A stretch of 64,000 nt of DNA, taken from the NCBI GenBank assembly GCA_963674735.2, contig CAXXQS010000001.1, positions 2,304,001 through 2,368,000 of the forward strand, read 5' to 3'. The stretch comes from Myxococcota bacterium (lineage in GTDB: Bacteria > Myxococcota_A > SURF-8). The position numbers and the translations under genes were made by a program. Below, piece after piece: positions 1 to 9,179 of this stretch (positions are counted from its first letter, which is position 1; each line of letters opens with the position of its first letter). A model generated the notes under the pieces. The model searched no databases and was not told where the DNA came from. It was given only the letters and a program-made list of their open reading frames with translations.

Positions 1-113
1 TCAGCGGCACGACTCCAAAAAACGACGCGGAAATCGTCGTCCATGGTTACCGTGGGGTCATCCAGATTATCCAAAATGTACAGAAAGCTTTCCAGATTAT
101 TATCGGTTGACAT
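1..113 (-). CDS. PAS-domain protein, 5' part only (runs off window edge)
   Basis: Not in ORF track. Manual translation from ATG at 113: MSTDNNLESFLYILDNLDDPTVTMDDDFRVVFWSRAAE, a typical PAS N-terminus (ILDNL.D.....D...R...W..AAE). Confidence 0.7.
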   Translation of the reverse strand, partial: MSTDNNLESFLYILDNLDDPTVTMDDDFRVVFWSRAA

Positions 114-419
114 TTTGGCGAAAACTCCACATCTACAGCAGAAAAATCAGCATGACAAGCCTGTAAAAAACCGCGAGGAAGTGAACGATGGCAAACCCGA
201 AAATCGAGGTTCCCGTCATTCATTCGGCCGACCGGGAGGCCCATCCCGATCCCGACCACTAAATCTTACTTTAGCGTATGATCGGCAGATAGGCAACACA
301 AAACAACATCTGCCTATTTGCCCTTTTGCCGAGACCTTTCAGAGAGACCAAAATCGTTGCCCTCGGCCTCCTTCGACAGGCTCTCGGCACAGCGAAATCT
401 ATAGACCGTCATCCGCTTC

Positions 420-448
420 TTGACAGGTTCCCGGCTTGTCGGTAAGGT
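420..448 (+). promoter_or_regulatory. Putative sigma70 promoter of argS
   Basis: TTGACA-17 nt-TAAGGT upstream of the GGAG RBS and ATG 489. Confidence 0.45.
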
Positions 449-488
449 GGCGCGGTTACCGAACCCGAACGGCTAGCGGAGGAGTTTT

Positions 489-2192
489 ATGCAGCGCATC
501 CGTGAGATGATCGTCGACCAACTGGCCTCGCGCGTGTCCTTCCCCAAGACGCGCTTTCTGTCCCTTTTCAAACAGCCCGACAACGCCGAACGCGGAGACC
601 TGGCGCTGCCCTGCTTCCCCTTCGCCAAAGAACTCAAAATGAAGCCCGACGCCATCGCGGCCGAATTCGCGGAGCAATTCCAAGACCATGCGTGGTTTAC
701 GAAAGTCGAAGCGGCCGGACCGTTCCTCAATTTCACGTATTCCGGGACAGCCCTGGCCAAAGAGGTGTTACCCGCCGTGTTTGCCGCCCCGGACCGCTAT
801 GGCAACAGCGGCAGCGGCGACGGCCAGACGGTGGTGCTCGACTTCTCGTCACCCAACATCGCCAAGCCTATCGCCTTCCATCATATTCGGTCCACCGTCA
901 TCGGCAACGCCCTGGCCAACCTGCACGAGGCCTGCGGTTATCGCACGGTCCGGATCAACTACCTCGGCGATTGGGGCACCCAATTCGGCAAACTCATCGT
1001 CGCCTACCGTCGCTGGGGCAGTGAGGAAGAACTCAAAACGAAGGAAATCCGGCACCTGCTGGATATTTACGTGCGCTTTCACCAAGAGGTGGAAACCGAG
1101 CCCACCCTCGAAGAGGAGGCCCGCGCCTGGTTCAAACGCATGGAAGACGGCGACGACGAAGCCCTGGCCCTCTGGCGTTTGTTCTACGATATCAGCATGC
1201 GCGAGTTCGAACGTATTTACAGTCTCCTGGGCGTGCGCTTCGATCACTTCGAAGGGGAATCGTTTTACCGCAAGCGCCTCGACGAAACCATCGAGCAAGT
1301 CACCCAACGCGCGGGAACCGCGATCTCGCAGGGCGCTTTGGTGGTCGATCTGGAAGAAGACAAGCTGCCCCCGTGCCTGCTGCGCAAAGCCGACGGCGCC
1401 ACCCTTTACGCCACCCGCGACATCGCCGCCGCCATGGATCGCTTCGAACGCTTCGGCTTCGAGCGCTCGCTTTACGTGGTGGCCAATCAGCAGGCGACCT
1501 ATTTCAAACAACTCATCCGCGTGCTGTCCAAAATGGAGTTCGACTGGGCCGCGCGTATCACCCACATCAATTTCGGCATGCTGCAACTGGCCGACCAGAC
1601 CATGAGTACGCGCAAAGGACAGGTGATCTTCCTTGAGGACGTGCTCAAAAAATCCATCGAGCTTTCGCAAAAAGCCATCGACGAAAAGAACCCCGATCTC
1701 GCCAACAAGGAAGAGGTCGCCCGCCAGGTGGGCGTGGGGGCCATCATCTTCGGCGACCTGGTCAACCGCCGCACCAACGACATCACCTTCGAATGGGATC
1801 GCATTCTGAATTTCCAGGGCGAGACCGGCGTCTACGTGCAATACACCCATGCCCGCTGCCGCTCCATGTTGCGCAAGGCGGGCGTCCCCGAACCCGGCGC
1901 TTTGGCCGTCGAACGACTGGCCGCCCCGGAGGAGAAAGACGTGCTCAAAGTGATCGGCCAATTCCCCGACCGCGTGCAGCGCGCCTGCGACGACTTCGAT
2001 CCTTCCCTGGTGGCGCGCCACCTGATCGAGCTTTGCCGCAGCTTCAACAAACTCTACAATGTTCCCGGCTACCGCTTCCTCGATGACGACACCGCCCTGC
2101 GCGCGACACGCCTGCTGCTGGCCCAGGCCGTCGCCGACGTTCTCAAGCGTGGGCTGGACCTGCTTGGAGTGGCCACACCGGAGGAAATGTAA
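489..2192 (+). CDS. argS: Arginine--tRNA ligase
   Basis: DFSSPNIAKP, INYLGDWGTQFG, YATRDIAAA, MSTRKG and YVQYTHAR motifs; C-terminal PEEM. Confidence 0.97.
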   Translation: MQRIREMIVDQLASRVSFPKTRFLSLFKQPDNAERGDLALPCFPFAKELKMKPDAIAAEFAEQFQDHAWFTKVEAAGPFLNFTYSGTALAKEVLPAVFAAPDRYGNSGSGDGQTVVLDFSSPNIAKPIAFHHIRSTVIGNALANLHEACGYRTVRINYLGDWGTQFGKLIVAYRRWGSEEELKTKEIRHLLDIYVRFHQEVETEPTLEEEARAWFKRMEDGDDEALALWRLFYDISMREFERIYSLLGVRFDHFEGESFYRKRLDETIEQVTQRAGTAISQGALVVDLEEDKLPPCLLRKADGATLYATRDIAAAMDRFERFGFERSLYVVANQQATYFKQLIRVLSKMEFDWAARITHINFGMLQLADQTMSTRKGQVIFLEDVLKKSIELSQKAIDEKNPDLANKEEVARQVGVGAIIFGDLVNRRTNDITFEWDRILNFQGETGVYVQYTHARCRSMLRKAGVPEPGALAVERLAAPEEKDVLKVIGQFPDRVQRACDDFDPSLVARHLIELCRSFNKLYNVPGYRFLDDDTALRATRLLLAQAVADVLKRGLDLLGVATPEEM

Positions 2193-3988
2193 TGACCCCG
2201 GTTCGCCGGACAGACATGCACTCCAGTCGGTTGCAAGCCACAGGCCTCGGCTGGCTGGCCTTGCTGATGCTCACCCTGGCATGGGTTGCCATGCCTTGCC
2301 CCGCCGCCGCCCAAAACCCGGTTGCGGCGAAGCCCGAAACCGTCTCGGACGCCATCGACTCACCCGGAGCAACCCCAGCCAAACTGGCCCCGAAAGAAAC
2401 CGCGCCAGCCGATGAAGCCGCGCCCGAAAAGGAAACACCCGAATCCGATCCGGACGAGACGCAAGCACAACCGACCACCGCCCCCGCTCGTCTGGTCAGC
2501 CCTGCTGCGCGCCTGGCGATCGTCCCCACCACCCCCGACGGCGACGAGGAGCAGTCCTATTTCGAAGGCGGCGAGGAACTCGATGATCGTGATTTGGCCG
2601 CGCGCATCTCCCAAACTCTGGGGCGTCCGGGCCTCGACGGCCTGCGCATCGGCCTGCACGTTCAGGATATCGACAACGGCGAGGTGTGGATCGACCACCA
2701 CGGCGACACCCCCCTCAACCCCGCCAGCAACATGAAGCTCATCACCACCGCCACCGCCTTGTCCGCTTTGGGCCCCGATTTCCGCTTCAAAACGGAATTC
2801 CGCGCCGCCGCCCCCCTCGATACAAACGGGGTGTTGCACGGCGATCTTTCCATCGTCGGCTTCGGCAATCCCTGGATGGTGGTGGAGGAACTGTACCGGC
2901 TGGCCGCCGAACTGCATGCCATCGGCCTGCGACGCATCGAAGGCGATATTCTGATCGACGACCGCTATTTCGACGCCGTCCGCGAAGGTCCGGGCTGGGA
3001 GCAGGACGACACCGACAACGCCTACCAGGCCCCCATGGGCGCGCTGTCGGCCAACTTCAACTCCATCGCCGTCTACATTCTACCCGGCGAAGAAGGGCAA
3101 CCCGCCCGCGTCAGCCTGCTTCCGCTGTCGCGCTACGCCCCCATCGAAAACAGCGCCGTCACCGAAAACGGTCGGCGCACGCGCCTGATCGTGCACAGCG
3201 TCAAAACGGATACCGGAAACAAGATCACGGTGGAAGGACACATTCATCCAAAGGCCAGCCGCCGTGTCTTCTTCCTTAAAGCCGATAATCCTCCCCTGTA
3301 TGCGGGTTGGGCCATCCACGACGCGCTGAAGCAACTCGGCATCACGTGTACGGGCTACGTCAAGTCGCGCCCGGCCAGCAGCGACGCGAAACCGTTTTTC
3401 ACCTTTCGTTCCCCGCGCCTGCCTTTCATCATCGGCAAAATCAACAAACATTCCAACAACCACATGGCCGAGCAGCTCATCAAAACCATGGGTGCGGAGA
3501 TTCACGGCGTCCCCGGCAGCTGGGAAAAAGGAATCGATGTGGTGCAGACATTCTTGCAAACCACCATCGGTGTTAGCCCCGATGCGTATGTGATGCGCAA
3601 TGGCTCGGGGCTGGGCGACGTCAACCAGATTCCCCCGGCGCTGTTCACCCGCCTGCTCGCCCACATGGCCAACGATCCGGAACTCGGTCCCGACTTTATT
3701 TCCGCCCAAGCGGTGGCGGGTCGCGACGGCACCCTGCGCAAGCGTTTCCAGGATACGGACGTGGCCAACCGCCTGCGCGGCAAAACCGGCTCGCTGGAGC
3801 AGGTTATGGCGCTATCCGGTTATTTGTACACACGCGACGGCCGCCGTCTGGCCGTTTCGATTCTCTTTAACGATTGTCTCGGCAAAAACCGCCTCGAACT
3901 CAAGCAGGTTCAAGATGAAATCATCCTGCTATTGGCGAACCACCGAGTCCGCCCCACGGGCGACAACGCCGTTGCCGAAAAGGAGTGA
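2192..3988 (+). CDS. dacB: D-Ala-D-Ala carboxypeptidase/endopeptidase (PBP4, peptidase S13)
   Basis: Signal peptide; PASNMK (SxxK), HSNN (SxN) and GKTG motifs; start overlaps the argS stop (TAATG). Confidence 0.93.
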   Translation: MTPVRRTDMHSSRLQATGLGWLALLMLTLAWVAMPCPAAAQNPVAAKPETVSDAIDSPGATPAKLAPKETAPADEAAPEKETPESDPDETQAQPTTAPARLVSPAARLAIVPTTPDGDEEQSYFEGGEELDDRDLAARISQTLGRPGLDGLRIGLHVQDIDNGEVWIDHHGDTPLNPASNMKLITTATALSALGPDFRFKTEFRAAAPLDTNGVLHGDLSIVGFGNPWMVVEELYRLAAELHAIGLRRIEGDILIDDRYFDAVREGPGWEQDDTDNAYQAPMGALSANFNSIAVYILPGEEGQPARVSLLPLSRYAPIENSAVTENGRRTRLIVHSVKTDTGNKITVEGHIHPKASRRVFFLKADNPPLYAGWAIHDALKQLGITCTGYVKSRPASSDAKPFFTFRSPRLPFIIGKINKHSNNHMAEQLIKTMGAEIHGVPGSWEKGIDVVQTFLQTTIGVSPDAYVMRNGSGLGDVNQIPPALFTRLLAHMANDPELGPDFISAQAVAGRDGTLRKRFQDTDVANRLRGKTGSLEQVMALSGYLYTRDGRRLAVSILFNDCLGKNRLELKQVQDEIILLLANHRVRPTGDNAVAEKE

Positions 3989-3991
3989 ACC

Positions 3992-4732
3992 ATGTCCCGC
4001 CGGATATCCCACCTCTGCCTGATCGCCCTGCTTCTGTTGGTTGCCTGCCAGATCGGCTGTGCCGACGGTTGCAGCGAATCGGATTCGAAACGGCAAAAAG
4101 AAACGGCCCAGGTGAAAGCCGCTCCCCAAACCCGGAAACTACAGGCCGCACCCAACGGGAAAAAGAAGCAACTCAAAGGCACGATGCCCAAGATGGTGGC
4201 TCCGAACAAGCCGTTGTCTCTCAATAGCCCCAATGTCAAATTGCGGCAGAAAAAGATGAACGTCACACCGCTGACCAAGCCGCTTGTGGCGTCCTTTCTC
4301 CCCAAGCCTTCCACCAATTGGACCCCCAGCCCCTTCGAAGGTTACGAGTCCACCGGCCTCGACGACCCGAAGCGGACGGTTGTCAGCCAGACCTTCACGA
4401 ACGGCAAAGCCCAGTTGGGCATCACACTGAGCGACACCCGGCTGGAAGTTCCGTTCCTGATCGGTACACGGAAAAAACTCGCCAAGCTCAAACGAACCGA
4501 AGGCATCGTGTACAACGAATTTAAGATCGGCAAGAACACCGTGCACGAGTTTTACAATCCGACCACCCGCGAATCCCACACGCTTTTCTGGGTGCGCAGC
4601 CGTCTGCTGATCGAAGTCGAAGGAAAAAACGTAGCCGATGCCGCAAAAGCGCGCAAGCTCATCGAGAGTATGAAATTAAAGGACATCAATCGCGTCCTCA
4701 ACGACCGCAACAGCAAGAAGGGTGGAAAGTGA
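3992..4732 (+). CDS. Hypothetical exported/lipoprotein, Lys-rich
   Basis: AAGGAG RBS; hydrophobic leader with Cys; operon spacing. Confidence 0.7.
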   Translation: MSRRISHLCLIALLLLVACQIGCADGCSESDSKRQKETAQVKAAPQTRKLQAAPNGKKKQLKGTMPKMVAPNKPLSLNSPNVKLRQKKMNVTPLTKPLVASFLPKPSTNWTPSPFEGYESTGLDDPKRTVVSQTFTNGKAQLGITLSDTRLEVPFLIGTRKKLAKLKRTEGIVYNEFKIGKNTVHEFYNPTTRESHTLFWVRSRLLIEVEGKNVADAAKARKLIESMKLKDINRVLNDRNSKKGGK

Positions 4733-4946
4733 GAGAGGAGCGAATCCGATTCCCGCGCAGTAAAAAACCGGTGGTCGCGGACCGCATCGATCGCTTAGGC
4801 TCCGACCCGACATTTTTCCTTGCTTTTCGAAAAGCTTCTTCGCATACTCCTTCCTCGGTGCACACGACCGACGGGATATTCTTCCCCACGTTGAATCCGC
4901 CCAATGATAATCTACTCGATCTGTCCTGAATATGGAGGTGTGTCCG

Positions 4947-6143
4947 ATGCAATCCCGTGAGTTGATCGAACTGGAAAACCGCTATGTGGCCCCCAACTAC
5001 AAGCCGCTGGATGTCGTCATTGAGCGCGGCCAAGGTGTATGGGTCTACGACGCCGACGGCAAGAAGTACATGGACTTCCTGGCCGCCTATTCCGCCCTGA
5101 ACCAGGGTTACGTCAATGAGCGCGTTCTCAACGCGATGATCGAACAAGCCAAAAAGTGCACGCTGACCTCACGTGCCTTCCGCAACGACCAATTACCCTA
5201 CTTCGCCAAAGAACTGTGCGAGTTGACCGGCTACGAGATGATGCTGCCCATGAATTCCGGGGCCGAAGCGGTGGAAACCGCCCTCAAGCTGGCGCGGCTG
5301 TGGGGTGAAAAAGTCAAAGGCGTCCCGAAAAACAAAACCGAAATCATCGCCTGTAACAACAACTTCCACGGACGCACCATCTCGATCGTCTCTTTCTCCT
5401 CCGACGAGGAGTATCGTGAAGGTTTCGGTCCCTTCACCCCCGGTTTCTCGATTATCCCTTACGGCGACATCGAAGCGCTCAAGGCCGCCATCACCCCCAA
5501 CACGGCCGCATTCATCGTCGAGCCGATTCAGGGCGAAGCGGGAATTCTCATTCCTCCTGCGGGCTACCTGAAGCAGGTGCGCGAACTGTGCGACGCCCAA
5601 AACGTGCTGTTTATCGCCGACGAGATCCAGAGCGGACTGGGACGCACCGGCAAAGTCTTCGCCTGCGACTGGGAGGGCGTGCGCCCCGACATGATCACAC
5701 TGGGCAAAGCGCTTTCGGCCGGTTTTTATCCCGTTTCGGCGGTGGTCAGTTCCAAAGCCATCCTGAGCCTGTTCTTCCCCGGCCAACACGGCTCCACCTT
5801 CGGCGGCAACCCGCTGGCCTGTGCCGTGGCGCGCGAAGCCATCCGCGTCCTTAAAGACGAAAAGCTTATCGAGCGTGCGGAAGAGTTGGGAACCTATCTC
5901 AAAGAGCGCCTGGAAGCCCTCAACAGCCCGAAAGTCAAAGAAATTCGCGGTCGCGGCCTGTGGTTCGGCATCGAGCTGAAGCCGGAAGCCGGTGGCGCGC
6001 GCCAATACTGCGAACAGCTGATGGACAAAGGCCTGCTCTGCAAAGAAACCCACGTCGATACGATCCGTCTGGCTCCGCCCCTGACCATCACCAAAGAAGA
6101 AATCGACTGGGCGCTGGAACGTCTGTTCGAGGTTCTCGCCTGA
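4947..6143 (+). CDS. rocD: Ornithine aminotransferase (class III PLP)
   Basis: YSALNQG, TLTSRAF, MNSGAEAVETA, EPIQGEAG, DEIQSGLGRTG, LGKALS, HGSTFGGNPLA, LLCKETH; GGAGGTG RBS before ATG 4947. Confidence 0.93.
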   Translation: MQSRELIELENRYVAPNYKPLDVVIERGQGVWVYDADGKKYMDFLAAYSALNQGYVNERVLNAMIEQAKKCTLTSRAFRNDQLPYFAKELCELTGYEMMLPMNSGAEAVETALKLARLWGEKVKGVPKNKTEIIACNNNFHGRTISIVSFSSDEEYREGFGPFTPGFSIIPYGDIEALKAAITPNTAAFIVEPIQGEAGILIPPAGYLKQVRELCDAQNVLFIADEIQSGLGRTGKVFACDWEGVRPDMITLGKALSAGFYPVSAVVSSKAILSLFFPGQHGSTFGGNPLACAVAREAIRVLKDEKLIERAEELGTYLKERLEALNSPKVKEIRGRGLWFGIELKPEAGGARQYCEQLMDKGLLCKETHVDTIRLAPPLTITKEEIDWALERLFEVLA

Positions 6144-6167
6144 GGGCAAACACACGACAATTCGTCC

Positions 6168-6193
6168 CGCCCGGCTTCGGCCGGGCTTTTTTC
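6168..6193 (+). terminator. Rho-independent terminator
   Basis: GCCCGGC-TTCG-GCCGGGC followed by a T run. Confidence 0.85.
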
Positions 6194-6301
6194 ATCCGCG
6201 TACTTGACAAAACCCGAGCCAAGTCGTATGCAATATGCAGGATTTTCAAGCTCTTAGACTACTTGTACGCTCTATAATTCCCATCGGATTAGGAGGTAAC
6301 T

Positions 6302-6658
6302 ATGGCGAAAATCGGCGTGCTGACCTGTGACAAGATCCGCGACATCCATTGCCAAGGCTGCATGAAGTGCCACAAAGCCGTCAGTGAGAAGGTCGGAACC
6401 TTCGCCACTCATGACGACGACATCGAAGTCGTTTTCTGGGCGGGCTGCGGCGGCTGCCCCGGCCTGTTCATGCCTAAAATGACCTTGTTGAACGAAATCG
6501 CCGAACACATGGGTCGCAATTACGACGTGGTGCACATCGGCACCTGCATCGTCAAGGCCGTCAAAACAGCTGCCTGCCCGATCAATCTCGACGACATGAA
6601 AACCAAAATCGAGGGAAAATGGGGCAAGAAAGTCATCGTCGGCACCCACCCCTGGTAA
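6302..6658 (+). CDS. CGGC-domain protein (putative metal/Fe-S binding)
   Basis: CQGCMKC, GCGGCPG, HIGTC, ACP and C-terminal GTH; AGGAGG RBS. Confidence 0.88.
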   Translation: MAKIGVLTCDKIRDIHCQGCMKCHKAVSEKVGTFATHDDDIEVVFWAGCGGCPGLFMPKMTLLNEIAEHMGRNYDVVHIGTCIVKAVKTAACPINLDDMKTKIEGKWGKKVIVGTHPW

Positions 6659-6728
6659 TAAAACGTCAACTCGCCGGATGGTCATCGCCTCCGGCGGGTC
6701 GCTCTTTTCTTCGAAAACCACCCCTTAC

Positions 6729-6904
6729 GCAAGAGCAGGGCTCCCGTCCTGCTCTTGTTGGTTGTCTTGAAATCGCGCTGACGGGCGAATCCCCCGAAGA
6801 TATCAGGAAAGACAAATGAATGGAGCATGACAGAGGCATGCTCCAACCCAAAATCCATGCTGGAGCGCCTCCCCATGCTGGAGCGCGTCTCAGACGGGCT
6901 CCAG
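6729..6904. repeat. Composite REP-like palindromic repeat cluster (modules X, Y, Z)
   Basis: X=CAAGAGCAGGGCTCCCGTCCTGCTCTTG, Y=TGGAGCATGACAGAGGCATGCTCCAAC, Z=CTGGAGCGCGTCTCAGACGGGCTCCAG. Near-identical reverse-complement copies lie at 33627-33808. Confidence 0.85.
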
Positions 6905-6998
6905 ATTGAAACACCCGCCGGCTCCGCGACTTTTCCCTTGCCTCCCGGGCTCATTCCAGTAAGATAGGCGGACTTCACGAAAGAATCGGGAGGCGGTC

Positions 6999-7712
6999 AT
7001 GAATCACGACGTTCTGTACAAACCTTCCTACGCCTTGTTGCGCGTCAACCTGGCGGCTGGAGAACAGGTGGTGGCCGAAGCGGGCGCGCTGGTGGCCATG
7101 TCGCCGAATATACAGGTCAAAACCCTGCTCAATCCGAACCCGGCGGCGAACTCCGGCTTTTTCGGACGCCTGTTCGGCTTTTTCGCCGCTCTGCTGAAAG
7201 CGCTGCTGCGGAAGGTCTTCGGCGGTGAAAGCTTCTTCGTCAACCGCTTCGAGCCCGCCGGGGGCGAAGGCGAAGTTTTGCTGGCGCCCGCCGTAACCGG
7301 CGACATCATCCATCAACGAATCGAGGGCCGTAACCTCATCGTCCAAGCCAGCAGCTACCTGGCTTCCAGCGGCGACGTACAAGTCAAAATGAAGTTCGGC
7401 GGATTGAAGGGCCTGTTCTCCGGCGAAGGCGTTTTCCTGCTGGAAATCGGCGGCACGGGAGATGTGTGGCTGAACGCCTACGGCGGCATCGAAGAAATCC
7501 GCATCGACGGGTCCTATGTCGTCGATACCGGCCATATCGTCGCTTTCGAATCAAGCCTCGATTACCGCATCAAGGGGGTGGGTGGACTGAAATCGACCCT
7601 GATCTCCGGCGAAGGCCTGGTGATGGAATTCAACGGAACGGGCACATTGTGGATTCAAACGCGCAATTTGCCGGGCTTCGTCAACTGGGTGGCGTCCCTG
7701 CTGCCCCGTTAA
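6999..7712 (+). CDS. TIGR00266/AIM24-family protein (paralog 1)
   Basis: AEAGALVAMS, GGESFFVN, FSGEGVF, YVVDTGHIVAF, SGEGLV, LWIQTR. Confidence 0.9.
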   Translation: MNHDVLYKPSYALLRVNLAAGEQVVAEAGALVAMSPNIQVKTLLNPNPAANSGFFGRLFGFFAALLKALLRKVFGGESFFVNRFEPAGGEGEVLLAPAVTGDIIHQRIEGRNLIVQASSYLASSGDVQVKMKFGGLKGLFSGEGVFLLEIGGTGDVWLNAYGGIEEIRIDGSYVVDTGHIVAFESSLDYRIKGVGGLKSTLISGEGLVMEFNGTGTLWIQTRNLPGFVNWVASLLPR

Positions 7713-7749
7713 ACGACGCACTACACGGTCGGACACGAAAGGAAACACC

Positions 7750-8412
7750 ATGCAGATCTCCATCGAACATCGTCCCGCATACGCGCTGGCGATCTGTCGG
7801 CTCGATACGGATGAACAGATGAAAGCCGAGAGCGGCGCCATGCTCAGCATGTCGTCGAACGTCGGCATCCAGTCTTCCTCGGGCGGCGTGATGAAAGGGC
7901 TCAAGCGCGCGCTTCTGGGCGGCGAATCGTTTTTCCAAAACACCTTCACCGCCGAACACGCTCCCGGAGAAGTGACCTTCGCCCCCACCCTGCCCGGCGA
8001 TATCGTGCATTTGCCACTGAACGGCGAGGTGGTGGTACAGGGCACGAGCTACCTGGCGTCGTCGCCGGGCATCGATGTCAACACCCGTTTCAAAGGCTTC
8101 AAAGGACTGTTTTCCGGCGAAGGCGTCTTCATGCTGAAAGTCGCCGGAAAAGGCGACCTGCTGCTCAGCGCCTTCGGGGCTATTCACGAAGTCGAGGTGG
8201 ACGGCGAATACGTGGTGGACACCGGCCATATCGTCGCCTTCGAATCGAGCCTCGATTTCAAGATCGCCCGTGTCGGCGGCTGGGCGGCCACCTTCTTCTC
8301 CGGCGAAGGGCTGGTCTGCCGTTACCAGGGCAAGGGAAAGCTGTGGCTGCAAACGCGCCACCCCCACGAATTCGGTTCCTTGATCGGTCCGAAGCTTCCA
8401 CCACGCGAATAA
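7750..8412 (+). CDS. TIGR00266/AIM24-family protein (paralog 2)
   Basis: Same motif set (AESGAMLSMS, GGESFFQN, VVDTGHIVAF). Confidence 0.9.
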   Translation: MQISIEHRPAYALAICRLDTDEQMKAESGAMLSMSSNVGIQSSSGGVMKGLKRALLGGESFFQNTFTAEHAPGEVTFAPTLPGDIVHLPLNGEVVVQGTSYLASSPGIDVNTRFKGFKGLFSGEGVFMLKVAGKGDLLLSAFGAIHEVEVDGEYVVDTGHIVAFESSLDFKIARVGGWAATFFSGEGLVCRYQGKGKLWLQTRHPHEFGSLIGPKLPPRE

Positions 8413-8422
8413 GGAGGGCGGC

Positions 8423-9097
8423 ATGGAACATCAAATTATCGGCAAACCGGATTTTTCTCTGGTTAAAGTTCGTCTCGCCCCCCAAGAGAAGGTGTTGGCC
8501 GAAGCGGGCGCCATGGTGACCATGAGCGGCGGCGTCAGCATCGAAACCAAAGCCAAAGGCGGCGTGCTGGCCGGACTCAAACGCAAACTCGGCGGCGAGT
8601 CGTTTTTCGTCAACACCTTCAGCGCCGATGCCACCGGCGGCGAGGTGCTGTTGGCCCCGGCCACACCGGGCGACCTGCAACATGTCGTTCTGAAAGGTGG
8701 ACCCTTTTACCTGCAATCCCGAGCCTTTGTGGCTTCCGACCCTCGGATCGTCACCGATTTCAAATGGGGCGGCGCGAAGTCTTTCTTCGGCGGCGAAGGC
8801 CTTTTTATGCTACAATGCAGCGGTGAAGGCGACCTGTGGTTCGGATCCTACGGAGCCATCCATCCCGTCGACGTGGAAGGCAGCTATGTCGTCGACACCG
8901 GTGCCATCGTCGCCTTCGAATCATCGTTGACATTTGGCGTTAAATCGGTGGGCGGTTTGAAATCACTGATGTTTTCAGGTGAGGGATTGGTTTGCGAATT
9001 CAAAGGAAACGGCCGGCTGTGGTTGCAAACACGCTTACCGGCCTCGTTCGCGAGCTGGATCCACCCGTTCCGTCCCAAAAAGCAATCCAAAAACTGA
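8423..9097 (+). CDS. TIGR00266/AIM24-family protein (paralog 3)
   Basis: Same motif set (AEAGAMVTMS, GGESFFVN, VVDTGAIVAF). Confidence 0.9.
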   Translation: MEHQIIGKPDFSLVKVRLAPQEKVLAEAGAMVTMSGGVSIETKAKGGVLAGLKRKLGGESFFVNTFSADATGGEVLLAPATPGDLQHVVLKGGPFYLQSRAFVASDPRIVTDFKWGGAKSFFGGEGLFMLQCSGEGDLWFGSYGAIHPVDVEGSYVVDTGAIVAFESSLTFGVKSVGGLKSLMFSGEGLVCEFKGNGRLWLQTRLPASFASWIHPFRPKKQSKN

Positions 9098-9179
9098 TAT
9101 CGCCTGCGTCGACCCAACCCCGACCCGCCGCCGACGCCTCTCAGCGCTTCACCAATGGCGGCGGTATTGATGGAAACGC

